Assembly (NCBI GenBank): GCA_005222965.1
Contig: NJBG01000001.1
Span: 208,323 to 272,322, forward strand
DNA length: 64,000 bases
Direction: 5' to 3'
From: Candidatus Woesearchaeota archaeon B3_Woes
Lineage (GTDB): Archaea > Nanobdellota > Nanobdellia > Woesearchaeales > B3-WOES
Position 1 is the stretch's first letter. Each line of letters starts with the position of its first letter. Below, piece after piece: positions 26,087 through 36,996 of this stretch. The notes under the pieces are model-generated. The model did not search any database, had not been told where the DNA came from, and saw only the letters and a list, made by a program, of their open reading frames with translations. Both the position numbers and the translations under genes were made by a program.

Positions 26087-27483
26087 CCTTTACAAACACC
26101 CATAGGCTCTAATCTAACAACTTTAGGAGAAATTCCAGACTTATCAACACTTTCTATAACATCTGAAACATTTTTATAAGCTTCAGGGGCTTCTTCAGAT
26201 AAAATTTTAGGATGAGTTGATTTTGCAATTATACCACGAGAAGCTAATCCTTTACGAATATCTTCTCCATCAAACTTTCTTATTGCGGCATGCCTTGACA
26301 TAGAACGTCCAGCACCATGACAAGTACTTCCAAATGTCTTTTCCATAGCTTTAGAACTTCCTTTACAAATAAAAGAAGCAGTTCCCATTGAGCCTGCAAC
26401 TAAAACAGGATTTCCAGGAAAAGCTCTTGTAGCGCCTTTTCTATGAACATAAACCTCTTTTTCAACACCATCAACTAAATGCTTCTCTAATTTAACAACA
26501 TTATGACATAATCCATAGATAGTATGCATATCCATCTCCTGCCAAGTTCTACCAAATACCTTTTCAAAAGTTTCCCTTATCCATTGCGTCATAACAAGGC
26601 GATTTGTAAAAGAATAATTAACAGCGCACTTCATTGCTTTAAAATAATCCTGACCTTCTGAAGAATTTACAGGAGCACAAGCCAATTGTCTATCAGCTAA
26701 TTTAATCTTATACTTTTGAACAGCTTTTTCCTGAATTCTCAAATAATCTGTAGCAACCTGGTGACCTAAACCTCTAGAACCGCAATGAAGCATAATAACT
26801 ACTTGATTTTTATCTGTTATTCCTAACTTAGAAGCAAATTCTTTATCATAAATATCACTTACTTTTTGTATTTCCAAGAAATGATTACCAGCACCTAAAG
26901 TCCCAAGCTGTGGTTTTCCTCTTTTTTTTGCTAAATCACTGACTTTAGAAGGATCAGCACCAGACATACATCCATTTTCTTCTAATGATGCTAAATCTTC
27001 TTTAACACCATAACCATTCTCAACAGCCCATTTACATCCTTTAACCAAAACTTCATCTAATTCAGAATCACTAAGCCTAAGCTTTCCTTTAGAACCAACT
27101 CCACAAGGAATAGTTTTGAATAATTCAGTAATAAGTTCTTCCATCTTAGAATTAACTTCATCATAAGTTAAATTCGTACGAATAGAATTTATCCCGCAGT
27201 TAATATCAAAACCACATAAGCCAGCGCTTATAACACCGTCGACAGCATCAAAAGCAGCAACACTTCCCATAGGCAATCCATAACCAAAATGAGCATCAGA
27301 AAGTGCTACAACAGGATCAATCACACCAGGCATCTGAGTTACATTCATAATCTGTCCAACAGTTCCATCTTCTAATTCATCGATTATAGCTTTATTTCCT
27401 ATAACTAGCCCATTTACATTCATAGAGCCTTCTCTAGGTAACTGCCATTCAAATTCATTTAATTTTTTTAATTTTTCTTTCAT
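26083..27483 (-). CDS. rtcB: RtcB RNA-splicing ligase
   Basis: DAHFGYG, GFDINCG, GTLGAGNHFLE, HCGSRGLG, HN, HRKGAT, HGAGR, EEAPEAYK. Confidence 0.97.
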   Translation of the reverse strand: MKEKLKKLNEFEWQLPREGSMNVNGLVIGNKAIIDELEDGTVGQIMNVTQMPGVIDPVVALSDAHFGYGLPMGSVAAFDAVDGVISAGLCGFDINCGINSIRTNLTYDEVNSKMEELITELFKTIPCGVGSKGKLRLSDSELDEVLVKGCKWAVENGYGVKEDLASLEENGCMSGADPSKVSDLAKKRGKPQLGTLGAGNHFLEIQKVSDIYDKEFASKLGITDKNQVVIMLHCGSRGLGHQVATDYLRIQEKAVQKYKIKLADRQLACAPVNSSEGQDYFKAMKCAVNYSFTNRLVMTQWIRETFEKVFGRTWQEMDMHTIYGLCHNVVKLEKHLVDGVEKEVYVHRKGATRAFPGNPVLVAGSMGTASFICKGSSKAMEKTFGSTCHGAGRSMSRHAAIRKFDGEDIRKGLASRGIIAKSTHPKILSEEAPEAYKNVSDVIESVDKSGISPKVVRLEPMGVCKG

Positions 27484-27582
27484 TATAATCTCCTCGTTGT
27501 ATTATTGTACAAAAATATATTTATTTATATACTTTTCCACTTGCCTTTTTTTCATCTAGATCAAAATCTGTAGATAACAACT

Positions 27583-27996
27583 TTAACCAACAATTAAGAA
27601 AGGTGTTAGGTAATAGCCCATTGTCATACTTATAACTCCAAATAATACTCCTTTAACTATTTCCTTACTTTTAACTTTCAAATAGAATAAGGAGAATATC
27701 ATAAAAAGCCATAGTAAAGATGCAAAAATCGTGAACAGTATATCTTTGTAAAACAATGAAGTAAAAAAAACCAAAATAAGACCTCGCGCAATATGCTGAT
27801 TAGAATTTTTGAATATTAAAGATAAAATAACTAAAACAACCAAAGTAATCACTAACTGATAAACAAAAGGAGAATATTTGCCAATTATGGCTCTTATTAA
27901 AACAATAAAATAAAATGGAATTCCTCCTAAAGCTAAAAGATCTCTTGCAATTTCTTTTTTCCAGTTTTTAATCATTTCATTTAGTATACGATCCAA
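27583..27996 (-). CDS. Membrane protein (PAP2-like, uncertain)
   Basis: Four to five TM helices; ARDLLALGG, HIAR. Confidence 0.6.
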   Translation of the reverse strand: MDRILNEMIKNWKKEIARDLLALGGIPFYFIVLIRAIIGKYSPFVYQLVITLVVLVILSLIFKNSNQHIARGLILVFFTSLFYKDILFTIFASLLWLFMIFSLFYLKVKSKEIVKGVLFGVISMTMGYYLTPFLIVG

Positions 27997-28513
27997 CTAG
28001 GTTTGTTTCAGCAAGTATATGTCCTTTCATTGCAGTTTCTACATCTATTTTTTTAGCACTTGCATCTAAATTTAAAGTTATGCCAAGTGCATATAACTTA
28101 AACATATATCTGTGTGTCCCTTGTGGTGGACAAGGTCCTCCATATGAATTCCTTCCAAAATCATTTACACCTTGGACAGCTCCTTCTGGTACACTGTTCT
28201 CTTCAATCCTTGAAACGGGTTTTATATTAAAAACTATCCAATGATCCCAGTTTCCCATTGGTGCATCAGGGTCATCTATAATCAAAACCAAACTTCTTGT
28301 ATACTCTGGAATACCTATAATATCAAAAGGAGGATTTATATCCTCTCCCATACAAGTGTACTTGTCAGGAATATCCCCTTCATTCTCAAAAGCATTACTT
28401 CTCAATTTTAATTCACTCATTGGTATCACCTCATCTTGTTTTTCAACACAACCAATAAAAAAAATAACAATAAACAAACTATATATCAAGACTAACTGTA
28501 ACTTTATAATCAT
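27977..28513 (-). CDS. YbhB/YbcL PEBP-family lipoprotein
   Basis: DDPDAP, DHW, YGGPCPP, HRY; lipobox-like IGC. Confidence 0.92.
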   Translation of the reverse strand: MIIKLQLVLIYSLFIVIFFIGCVEKQDEVIPMSELKLRSNAFENEGDIPDKYTCMGEDINPPFDIIGIPEYTRSLVLIIDDPDAPMGNWDHWIVFNIKPVSRIEENSVPEGAVQGVNDFGRNSYGGPCPPQGTHRYMFKLYALGITLNLDASAKKIDVETAMKGHILAETNLVGSYTK

Positions 28514-28892
28514 TTTTATTTTTTTCTATTTTATACTTGTGCATTGTAAGTGATTTTACAACTGTTTCACCAATTTCTGGTCTAATTGATTCACCAGAAA
28601 GCTTTGCTTTAACATGAGTTTCGTCAACTTCAATAATTTCAAACTTTGAAAAAAACATCTGTTCTGTATCAACAATCGCAATCAAGCCAGATAACCAATT
28701 CCATAATGTATCTTCTAACTCGGTTCCTTTTATCTCAAACTCTTCTGTTTTGGAAGCTTTAACCTTGTCAATTTGGCAAATAACTGAAAACAAAGCTTCA
28801 GCAGCATTACTAAATAGTTCTTTCAAATCTTTTCCATACGCTTCAAAAAGAACATCTGAAGTCAAAGCATCTATAAACTTATATTTTGCCAT
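28479..28892 (-). CDS. Archease (RtcB activator)
   Basis: YKFID..TSD..FEAYG..L.ELF.NAA; VKSLT.H; C-terminal DI. Confidence 0.92.
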   Translation of the reverse strand: MAKYKFIDALTSDVLFEAYGKDLKELFSNAAEALFSVICQIDKVKASKTEEFEIKGTELEDTLWNWLSGLIAIVDTEQMFFSKFEIIEVDETHVKAKLSGESIRPEIGETVVKSLTMHKYKIEKNKNDYKVTVSLDI

Positions 28893-28927
28893 AAGGGGCA
28901 ATAAAGAAAGAAAATATATAAAACTTC

Positions 28928-29221
28928 CTAATATGGTATAATCTCAGATTCCTGCATATCTTTAAAGCTCTTAGGCTTTTCCTCTTCTATTTCTTCATTA
29001 GAAGGAACATCAGGCAAAGGAGGACTATCATCACCAAACATTGCACTAAAAGCATTAGTTCCCTCATCACTACTATCACTTGAATCTAAACTAGGAGGAT
29101 CATCATTAAATAGGCTTCCTTGATTAGAAAAAGCACTATCACCAACAAAATTCTGCAGCATTTTTATAATTTTTCGAATATCTTCGTGACTATCCTCTTT
29201 TGTATCAACAGATATCTTCAT
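28928..29221 (-). CDS. Acidic hypothetical protein
   Basis: MKISVDTKEDSHEDIRK; low-complexity acidic tail. Confidence 0.65.
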   Translation of the reverse strand: MKISVDTKEDSHEDIRKIIKMLQNFVGDSAFSNQGSLFNDDPPSLDSSDSSDEGTNAFSAMFGDDSPPLPDVPSNEEIEEEKPKSFKDMQESEIIPY

Positions 29222-29350
29222 AAAAATATTATAAACGTAAGAGAATATAAATTTTACTATTTTTATATTGAAATATTGTTACTGAAAAATAGGAAATTTT
29301 TTAAAGAAAAACAACATTCCCTTTGTTTTTGGATATATAAATTATATAAA

Positions 29351-30334
29351 ATGACAGAAGCTTTAATTGATACAGCAAAGAGTGTAGCAGAAGAGATAGC
29401 AGGGAAACAGGAAATTGGAGTATATCTAAGTATATTAGACAATGCGGGGGGAACACTGGAAGATTTTGTTTTAGGCACTTGTAAGTTTTGTGTTGAGAAG
29501 AGCCCTGTTAAGAACGGACATCAAAAAAAAGTTGATGATAGTGCAAGAGATAGATGTCGTGATTTAGTAGAAAGTGTAATTGATTACGGCACAAACTTGG
29601 TTTTTGGATATGATAATCATAATCGTTTTGAGTTATTCTCCACAACATTAAAAGCTTTAGAACCTTTAGATTGTAATGATAAACAAAAATATATTAACCA
29701 ATTTAATGGATTTATTGAAATAGAAAAACAGATCAATACCCCGCCTATACTGCATCTTATTATTCAGAGAGTATTAGGAGGATTAGTAGGAAAATATCAA
29801 CCAAAATTTGAAAATTTAGAAGGACACAATATTAAGAGGGATAATTCTTTATATCAGACATTAGTAGAACAATTAAAAACAGACCTGGGAATTTTTGTTC
29901 AATATACTTTAGATAAACTTCAACAAAATGCACAATTTAACAATAATGTAGATGGCATAGGATATTGTCATTGCTTCCCAACTCAGGAAGAGTGTGATAA
30001 ATTAACTCCTGATTATGTTCATGCGTTAATAGAACAAGATGAAAAACCAGAACAATTAATTAGGCCATTAATAGGAGAGGTTGGAGTTCCTCTTGGAATG
30101 GGTATGAGAGGTAATAGAAAAACAGACCCAACAACAATAATTATTTACTATGGTCTTCCTGCTAGTCCTCAAAATGTAAGATTAGAGCACTCAAATGGAT
30201 TAAGTAACACAGACGCAGAATTTTATCTAGCTTTATCATGTCAAATAACTAAGCCTCTTCTCCAATTTAATGAAGAAACAAAAAAAGTTAGAAATTCTTT
30301 ATCACGTATGTTAGGTTATAGAAAAACCTGCTGA
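29351..30334 (+). CDS. Hypothetical protein
   Basis: Start set at ATG 29351; the upstream extension overlaps an opposite-strand gene and promoter. Confidence 0.6.
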   Translation: MTEALIDTAKSVAEEIAGKQEIGVYLSILDNAGGTLEDFVLGTCKFCVEKSPVKNGHQKKVDDSARDRCRDLVESVIDYGTNLVFGYDNHNRFELFSTTLKALEPLDCNDKQKYINQFNGFIEIEKQINTPPILHLIIQRVLGGLVGKYQPKFENLEGHNIKRDNSLYQTLVEQLKTDLGIFVQYTLDKLQQNAQFNNNVDGIGYCHCFPTQEECDKLTPDYVHALIEQDEKPEQLIRPLIGEVGVPLGMGMRGNRKTDPTTIIIYYGLPASPQNVRLEHSNGLSNTDAEFYLALSCQITKPLLQFNEETKKVRNSLSRMLGYRKTC

Positions 30335-31077
30335 TAGTTCATCCAGATGTTTTTCTCAACATCCTCTTTTGTCATATTTTTGATTTCAGCAATCTTTTTA
30401 ATGGTTTCAACAACAAAAGCTGGTTCATTTTTCTTATCTTTATATGGACTCAAAAAAGGAGCATCTGTCTCAGTCAGTAAATGGTTTATATCAACTAAAC
30501 TAACCATATCTTGAAATTGCTGTAATCTAACAATATTTGTAGGAACAGAAAAATAATAACCAAGATCATAAGCTCTTTTTACTAAATGTTTTCTTCCACA
30601 AAAACAATGCATAACAACCTTTTTCATTGAACAAGATTCAAGAACATCGAGTGCTTCTGATTCGGCTTTACGAGAATGTATTAAAACTGTTTTGTCTAGT
30701 TTTTTGGCCATTTCTAAAATCTTAACAAAAGCTTTTTTCTGTGCTTCTAAATCTTTACCACTATGCAAATCAAGACCAATTTCCCCGACACAAACAAATT
30801 TATCTTTATTCTGCTCTAAAAACTTAAGCTGTTCATCAATATCTATTTTCTCTTTAAGTAACCCTTCCCTTTCTAAAGCATCTATTGGGTAAATTCCAAA
30901 AGAAGGGTGTACAATATCATATTTAGAAGCAAATTCTAAAGCCAATTTGTTAGTCTTAGGATCAACACCAGATGTAATAATAGCCTTAACACCTGCTTTA
31001 CGAGCATTCTCAATAACAGAATCTAATCTTTCAACTAATCCTGGAAAATCCAAATGACAATGTACATCTACTAACAT
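30316..31077 (-). CDS. tatD: TatD family deoxyribonuclease
   Basis: DVHCHLD, VGEIGLD, IHSR, MHCF, ETDAP. Confidence 0.95.
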   Translation of the reverse strand: MLVDVHCHLDFPGLVERLDSVIENARKAGVKAIITSGVDPKTNKLALEFASKYDIVHPSFGIYPIDALEREGLLKEKIDIDEQLKFLEQNKDKFVCVGEIGLDLHSGKDLEAQKKAFVKILEMAKKLDKTVLIHSRKAESEALDVLESCSMKKVVMHCFCGRKHLVKRAYDLGYYFSVPTNIVRLQQFQDMVSLVDINHLLTETDAPFLSPYKDKKNEPAFVVETIKKIAEIKNMTKEDVEKNIWMNYQQVFL

Positions 31078-31193
31078 TCTAGAAATAAAAACAATAATCT
31101 TTATAAAGCTTATTCTATTCTAAAACAATATGAACTCAGTTAGAAAATTTGGTTCTTAAGTATTCTTTCTAGTTAGATTGTTATTAAAGTAAA

Positions 31194-32195
31194 ATGTATA
31201 TTAAAGATTTTATATGGAAAAAAGGAATGCGTGTCAAAGAGTTGGTTAGTGAATACCAGCATCTAGGCTACCAAAGTATTGAACTAAAAAAAGCTTCTGA
31301 TATTTTTGTAAAGATGAAAAAAAACAATGCAAAAATTTTCCTGACTTTCACATCAAATATGGTTACTTCTGGTTTAAGAGGATTTTTCGCCCAAATAATA
31401 AAAAATGGAATGGCAGATATAATAGTAACAACAGTAGGGGGATTAGAAGAAGATATTATGAAAGCATCTGGAGAAAAGTTTAGTATTGGAAATTTTGCAG
31501 CAGATGATGTAGAGCTTCATGAAAAAGGAATAAACAGGATAGGGAATATTCTGATAAATAATGAAAGTTATATGCATTTTGAAGATATGATATTAGAAAT
31601 CCTGGATAAACTATACAAAAAACAAAAAAGATGGGCTGTTTCAGATTTATTAAGAGAGATTGGATTAATGATTAAGGATGAATCATCAATACTCTATCAA
31701 GCAGCAAAAAACAATGTGCCAATTTTCTGCCCAGCAATTACAGATGGTGCTTTTGGATTTCACTTATACCTTTTCCAGCAAAAACACAATGATTTTATCG
31801 TAGATGTTGTAAAAGATTTTGGAAATATTTTATTTTCAACAAGTCATGATGAAAAAAAAGGGATTATTGCATTAGGTGGAAGCATTTCAAAACACCACGC
31901 AATATTAAGCACACTACTAAACGGCGGAGCAGATTATGCTGTCTACATGACCACTGCACATAAAACCTCTGGTTCAATGAGTGGAGCAACAACAGAAGAA
32001 GCAAAATCATGGGGAAAAGTAAAAGATGAGTCAGATGTTGCAACGGTTATAGGAGATGTAACAATAACATTCCCATTAGCAATGATAAACGCAATGGAAC
32101 AACTAGATGATGAAGGATTACTAAAACCAAAAGAACATGAAAAGAATGAAGAGAAAGAAATAACAAAACAAATGAAAAAAGATGCAAAAAGCTAG
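31194..32195 (+). CDS. dys: Deoxyhypusine synthase
   Basis: FTSNMVTSGLR, GGLEED, NRIGN, PAITDG, GGSISKHH, SGATTEEAKSWGK. Confidence 0.93.
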   Translation: MYIKDFIWKKGMRVKELVSEYQHLGYQSIELKKASDIFVKMKKNNAKIFLTFTSNMVTSGLRGFFAQIIKNGMADIIVTTVGGLEEDIMKASGEKFSIGNFAADDVELHEKGINRIGNILINNESYMHFEDMILEILDKLYKKQKRWAVSDLLREIGLMIKDESSILYQAAKNNVPIFCPAITDGAFGFHLYLFQQKHNDFIVDVVKDFGNILFSTSHDEKKGIIALGGSISKHHAILSTLLNGGADYAVYMTTAHKTSGSMSGATTEEAKSWGKVKDESDVATVIGDVTITFPLAMINAMEQLDDEGLLKPKEHEKNEEKEITKQMKKDAKS

Positions 32196-33207
32196 ATTTA
32201 TTCTATCCAAAAGCAAAGCACTAGAACAATACAATAAAGTAAACCAATTAGCAGATAAAGTTTCTTATAGTTCTAAAACAAATCAAGAAGTAACTAAAAT
32301 TTTAGAAAAAGAAACAGATTGTTGGTTTAGTGTTCACCTGATCAACGAACTAAAACATATAAAAGACGTGTCAAGAGTTTTATTTCTTGCACAAGCATGG
32401 GATCAAAAATTTATAAAAGAACTTATTGACTTAAAAATAAACTCTTTTGTTGTTGATAACGAATCTGATTTAGATGAACTAATAAAATTTCTAAATAATA
32501 ATGAAGTTAAAATAAACCTTTTCCTAAGGATTAAATTAAAAGAGAACACAATCAAAACAGAAAAGTTTTTTGTGTTTGGTATGAAATCAGACATAGTGAA
32601 TAAAAGAATAAAAGAACTAAAAAACAATAAAAATATAAAATTAGGAATCCATTTTCACAGAAAAACACAAAATATGTCTGAATGGAATCTTAAATATGAA
32701 ATATCAAGTATTCTTACTGAAGAAACACTAAACACAATTGAATATATCAATATAGGAGGAGGAATCCCTTCTGATTATGCCAACACAAACAAAGATGTTA
32801 TTCAATCTATATTCGATAAAATAAAAGAATTCAAAGATTTCCTTAATAAAAGAAATATTAAAATGATTGTTGAGCCAGGAAGATTCTTAGCAGCTCCAGC
32901 AGTAAAATTAGAAACAAAGATCATAGGAATCTATGAAAATAATATAATTGTTAACGCTTCTATTTACAATTCAGACATGGACGCTTTGGTTGTGCCTGTA
33001 AAACTTTTAGTAGAAGGAGAACAAGAAAAAGGAAAGCCGTATGTAATCAAAGGAGTAACGCCATGTTCAATGGATCTATTTAGATACAGGGTTTATTTAG
33101 AAAACCCAAAAGTTGGAGACAAACTAACATTTCTAAACGCAGGAGCATACAACTTTACTTCAGATTTTTGTGATTTAGAAAAGCTTGAAACAGAGGTGAT
33201 TAAATGA
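32182..33207 (+). CDS. Fold-type III PLP-dependent ornithine/arginine/lysine-type decarboxylase
   Basis: YSSKTN (PLP Lys), HFH, NIGGG, EPGR, GVTPCSMD, AGAY. Confidence 0.85.
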   Translation: MQKARFILSKSKALEQYNKVNQLADKVSYSSKTNQEVTKILEKETDCWFSVHLINELKHIKDVSRVLFLAQAWDQKFIKELIDLKINSFVVDNESDLDELIKFLNNNEVKINLFLRIKLKENTIKTEKFFVFGMKSDIVNKRIKELKNNKNIKLGIHFHRKTQNMSEWNLKYEISSILTEETLNTIEYINIGGGIPSDYANTNKDVIQSIFDKIKEFKDFLNKRNIKMIVEPGRFLAAPAVKLETKIIGIYENNIIVNASIYNSDMDALVVPVKLLVEGEQEKGKPYVIKGVTPCSMDLFRYRVYLENPKVGDKLTFLNAGAYNFTSDFCDLEKLETEVIK

Positions 33208-33761
33208 GATTTTTTATTATTCATGGTGCACATGGACACTCAAAAGAGAATTGGTTTCCATGGTTAAAAGAAAAATTAATTCAATTAGGACACGAAGTTA
33301 TAATTCCAGATTTTCCTACACCAGAAAATCAAACATTAGGAAATTGGATAAATGTATTTAAAGAAAATTTTAATAAAATTGATTCAGATACAGTGTTAAT
33401 AGGACATAGCCTTGGTGTTGCATTCATTCTTTCAGTACTTGAAAAAATTAATGTAAAAATAAAAGCTTGTTTTTTGGTTGCTGGATTCATTGGAAGTCTT
33501 GAAGAACGTTCAGAACTTAATGAAATAAACAAGACCTTCGCACAAAAAGAGTTTAATTTTAATAAAATAAAAGAAAACTGTGATAAATTTTTTCTATTCC
33601 ATTCTTTGAACGACCCTTATGTTAAAATAGGAAAAGGAGAAGAGCTCAAAGAAAAACTACATAGTGAACTAATCATAATTGAAGATGCAGGCCATTTTGG
33701 CACAAAAGCAGGATATAGTGAATTTCCACAGCTATTTGAAAAAATAAAAGAATTAAAATGA
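33204..33761 (+). CDS. RBBP9/YdeN family alpha/beta hydrolase
   Basis: IIHG...NWFPWL, GHSLG, NDPYV, GHF. Confidence 0.9.
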   Translation: MRFFIIHGAHGHSKENWFPWLKEKLIQLGHEVIIPDFPTPENQTLGNWINVFKENFNKIDSDTVLIGHSLGVAFILSVLEKINVKIKACFLVAGFIGSLEERSELNEINKTFAQKEFNFNKIKENCDKFFLFHSLNDPYVKIGKGEELKEKLHSELIIIEDAGHFGTKAGYSEFPQLFEKIKELK

Positions 33762-34555
33762 ATTTCATGAATCTACCAGAGAAATATAGAAAGAACGCAT
33801 TTTTTCAAATATTGCCAATTGAATATGAAAATAACCCAACATATGGTAAGGGAGCTAAAAAAGGCCCAAAAGAAATAATAAAAGCTTCTAAACATCTAGA
33901 ATACTATGATGAACAATTTGATAATGAACCATTTGCAAAAGGAATCAAAACTATAAAAAATAAAAAAGAAGTAAATAGTAAATTCACAATAAGTTTAGGT
34001 GGAGACCATTCAATAACAATTGGGGTTGTAAAAGATTTAGAAAAAAAATATAAAGATTTCTCTGTAATTATCCTAGACGCCCATCCTGATATGTTCCACT
34101 CATGGAACAATTCTCAATACAACCATAGATGTGTTTCACAAAGAATCTCTGAAAACCATAATATTTTACAAATTGGAATAAGATCTATGGATATTGATGA
34201 AAAAGAGATAATAGATTCTAAAAAAAACATAAACATAATAAAAGCTTATGATTTCAACAAAGAAAAACTAAAACAAGAACTAAAAAAACTAAAAAATAAA
34301 GTTTACATTTCAATTGATGTTGATGTTTTTGATATAAGTTTCATAAGAAACACAGGAACACCAGAACCAGGGGGATTTTCCTGGAATCAAGTTATAGAAA
34401 TTCTAGAAGAAATATTCAAAAACAAAGAAGTTATCGGAGCAGACATAAATGAATTTGCACCAAGGTATAATTTCAAAGCAGAAGCATTCTCCCTAGCCAA
34501 ACTAGCATATAAAATAATGGCTTTAAAGATATTAAACAAAAACCTTATAAAATAG
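33758..34555 (+). CDS. speB: Agmatinase (arginase family)
   Basis: GGDHS, DAHPD, SIDVDVFD, TGTPEPGG. Confidence 0.9.
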   Translation: MNFMNLPEKYRKNAFFQILPIEYENNPTYGKGAKKGPKEIIKASKHLEYYDEQFDNEPFAKGIKTIKNKKEVNSKFTISLGGDHSITIGVVKDLEKKYKDFSVIILDAHPDMFHSWNNSQYNHRCVSQRISENHNILQIGIRSMDIDEKEIIDSKKNINIIKAYDFNKEKLKQELKKLKNKVYISIDVDVFDISFIRNTGTPEPGGFSWNQVIEILEEIFKNKEVIGADINEFAPRYNFKAEAFSLAKLAYKIMALKILNKNLIK

Positions 34556-34572
34556 CTAAATATTTATTTTCT

Positions 34573-36996
34573 ATGGACATGCCAAAGCATTATGATTCAA
34601 AAAAATCAGAAGAAAAATGGAGAAAGTTTTGGGAAAAAAACAAAACATATCATTTTGACTCAAACTCATCTAAAAATATTTATTCTATAGATACTCCTCC
34701 GCCAACTGTTTCTGGAAAAATGCATATGGGACATGCGTTTGGCAATAGCCAGCAGGATTTTATTGCAAGATTCAAAAGAATGCAGGGATTCAATGTACTA
34801 CAGCCATTTGGAACAGATGACAATGGCCTGCCAACTCAAACACTAATTCAAAAATTAAAAAATGTTAGAGCCAGTCAAATGGATAGAAAAGAGTTCAGAA
34901 AATTATGCCTAGAAACTCTAGAAAAAGAATTAAAACCAAGATATAGTCAGGATTGGAAAAATCTGGGAATAAGCTGTGATTTTGATGTTACATATTCTAC
35001 AATTGATAAACACTGTCAAAAAATATCACAAAAATCATTTTTAGATTTATATAAACAAGGAAGAGAATACAGAAAAAAATCACCTGCAATGTTCTGTCCA
35101 AAATGTCAGACAGCCATCTCACAAGTTGAATGTGAAGATAAAGACATTCCTTCATTTTTCAATGATGTTGTTTTCAAAGTAAGGGATAAGGAATTAATAA
35201 TAGCAACAACAAGACCAGAGCTATTACCTTCCTGTGTTGCTGTTTTCTACCATCCAGATGATAAACGCTATCAAAAGCTTAAAGGAAAAACAGCAAAAGT
35301 TCCTATATTTGATTTTGAAGTTCCAATTCTGGAAGATGATAGAGCAGACCCGGAAAAAGGAACAGGAATTGTAATGTGCTGCACCTTTGGTGATTCAACA
35401 GACGCAGAATGGCAAAAAGCACATAATCTGCCAATCAAAGAATCCATTGGAAAAGATGGTAAGATGACTAAAATTACAGGAAAGTATAAAGGGTTAAAAA
35501 TAGAAGATGCAAGAAAACAGATAATTAAAGATATGCAAGAAAAGAAATTACTAAAATCCCAAAAACCAATAACTCATCCTATAAATGTTCATGAAAGATG
35601 TGGAACTCCTATTGAATTTATTAATTCTAAACAATGGTTTATAAAATATCTTGACCTAAAAGAAGACATGCTTAAATGGGGAAACGAACTAAATTGGTTT
35701 CCTAAACATATGAAAAACAGATACGACAATTGGGTTAAAGGTTTGCAATGGGATTGGTGTATCTCAAGACAAATCTATTTTGGAATCCCATTCCCGGTCT
35801 GGTATTGTGAAGATTGTGATGAGATTATCCTAGCAAATGAAAAAGATTTACCAGTTGACCCAGTTGAAGACAAACCACCAGTAAAAGAATGCCCAAAATG
35901 TAAAAGCAAGAAAATTATAGGAGAAAAAGATATTATAAACACATGGGCAACTTCTTCCTTAACCCCAACACTTGTAAAAGAATTGTTCAAAGGAAAACCC
36001 GTTTACAATACTCTAATCAAAAATCCTATAAGTTTAAGGCCTCAAGGCCACGACATAATTTCTTTCTGGTTATTCAATACAGTTGTAAAAAGCAAATTGC
36101 ATTTCAATATGAAACCATGGAATGACTGTTTCATAAATGGCTGGATGCTTGACCCAAAAGGGAAAAAGATGTCCAAATCAAAAGGAAATATTATTGAACC
36201 AGGAGATATGATTGAAAAATATTCAGTAGACGCCCTAAGATTCATGGCTGGAAGCACAAAGCTTGGTGATGATTTATCTTTCCCTGAAAAAGAATTAGTA
36301 ACAGGACAAAAATTCATAACAAAATTCTGGAATGCCTCTAAATTTGCAATAATGCACTTAGAAGATTATGATCTAAAAAAACCTAAACAACTAGAAGGAT
36401 TTGACAGATGGATTCTAAGCAAATTAAACAATTTAATCAAAACTTCTACAGAAACCTTTGAAAAATATGAGTTTTCAAAAACAAAAGCAGAAACAGAAAA
36501 ATTCTTTTGGCAGCTTTTATGCGACAATTACTTAGAAATCGCAAAAGACAGATTATACAACCCAGATACAAGAGGAAAAGAACAAAGAAAATCAGCACAA
36601 TACTCATTATACACATCAGTACTAGCATGCCTGAAATTAATAGCACCAATAACACCTTTTTTCACAGAAGAAATACATCATCTATACTTTGCAGACAAAG
36701 AAAAAACAAAATCTATTCACATTTCTAAATGGCCTGAATACAATAAAAAACTAGAAGATAAAAAAGCAGAAAAAGCAGGAGATGTTGCAATTGAAATCAT
36801 TGCTGCTGTACGCCAGCATAAAACACAAAAACAAAAATCACTAAAAGAACCTGTAAAAGTTTTAACAATCCAGACAAAAGAAAAACTAGATGATTTTGTA
36901 GATGACATAAGAGCAACAATAAAAGCAGAAAAAATAGAATTTGGCAAAGGTAATATAAAAATTGATGAAGATTTAAGTATAAAAATTGAATTTTAG
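34573..36996 (+). CDS. valS: Valyl-tRNA synthetase (archaeal type)
   Basis: DTPPPTVSG, HMGH, ATTRPE, DWCISRQ, KMSKS. Confidence 0.97.
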   Translation: MDMPKHYDSKKSEEKWRKFWEKNKTYHFDSNSSKNIYSIDTPPPTVSGKMHMGHAFGNSQQDFIARFKRMQGFNVLQPFGTDDNGLPTQTLIQKLKNVRASQMDRKEFRKLCLETLEKELKPRYSQDWKNLGISCDFDVTYSTIDKHCQKISQKSFLDLYKQGREYRKKSPAMFCPKCQTAISQVECEDKDIPSFFNDVVFKVRDKELIIATTRPELLPSCVAVFYHPDDKRYQKLKGKTAKVPIFDFEVPILEDDRADPEKGTGIVMCCTFGDSTDAEWQKAHNLPIKESIGKDGKMTKITGKYKGLKIEDARKQIIKDMQEKKLLKSQKPITHPINVHERCGTPIEFINSKQWFIKYLDLKEDMLKWGNELNWFPKHMKNRYDNWVKGLQWDWCISRQIYFGIPFPVWYCEDCDEIILANEKDLPVDPVEDKPPVKECPKCKSKKIIGEKDIINTWATSSLTPTLVKELFKGKPVYNTLIKNPISLRPQGHDIISFWLFNTVVKSKLHFNMKPWNDCFINGWMLDPKGKKMSKSKGNIIEPGDMIEKYSVDALRFMAGSTKLGDDLSFPEKELVTGQKFITKFWNASKFAIMHLEDYDLKKPKQLEGFDRWILSKLNNLIKTSTETFEKYEFSKTKAETEKFFWQLLCDNYLEIAKDRLYNPDTRGKEQRKSAQYSLYTSVLACLKLIAPITPFFTEEIHHLYFADKEKTKSIHISKWPEYNKKLEDKKAEKAGDVAIEIIAAVRQHKTQKQKSLKEPVKVLTIQTKEKLDDFVDDIRATIKAEKIEFGKGNIKIDEDLSIKIEF

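Noticed and set aside
29120..29350. N-terminal extension of the 404-aa ORF
   Set aside because: It overlaps an opposite-strand gene and AT-rich promoter DNA; ATG 29351 is preferred.
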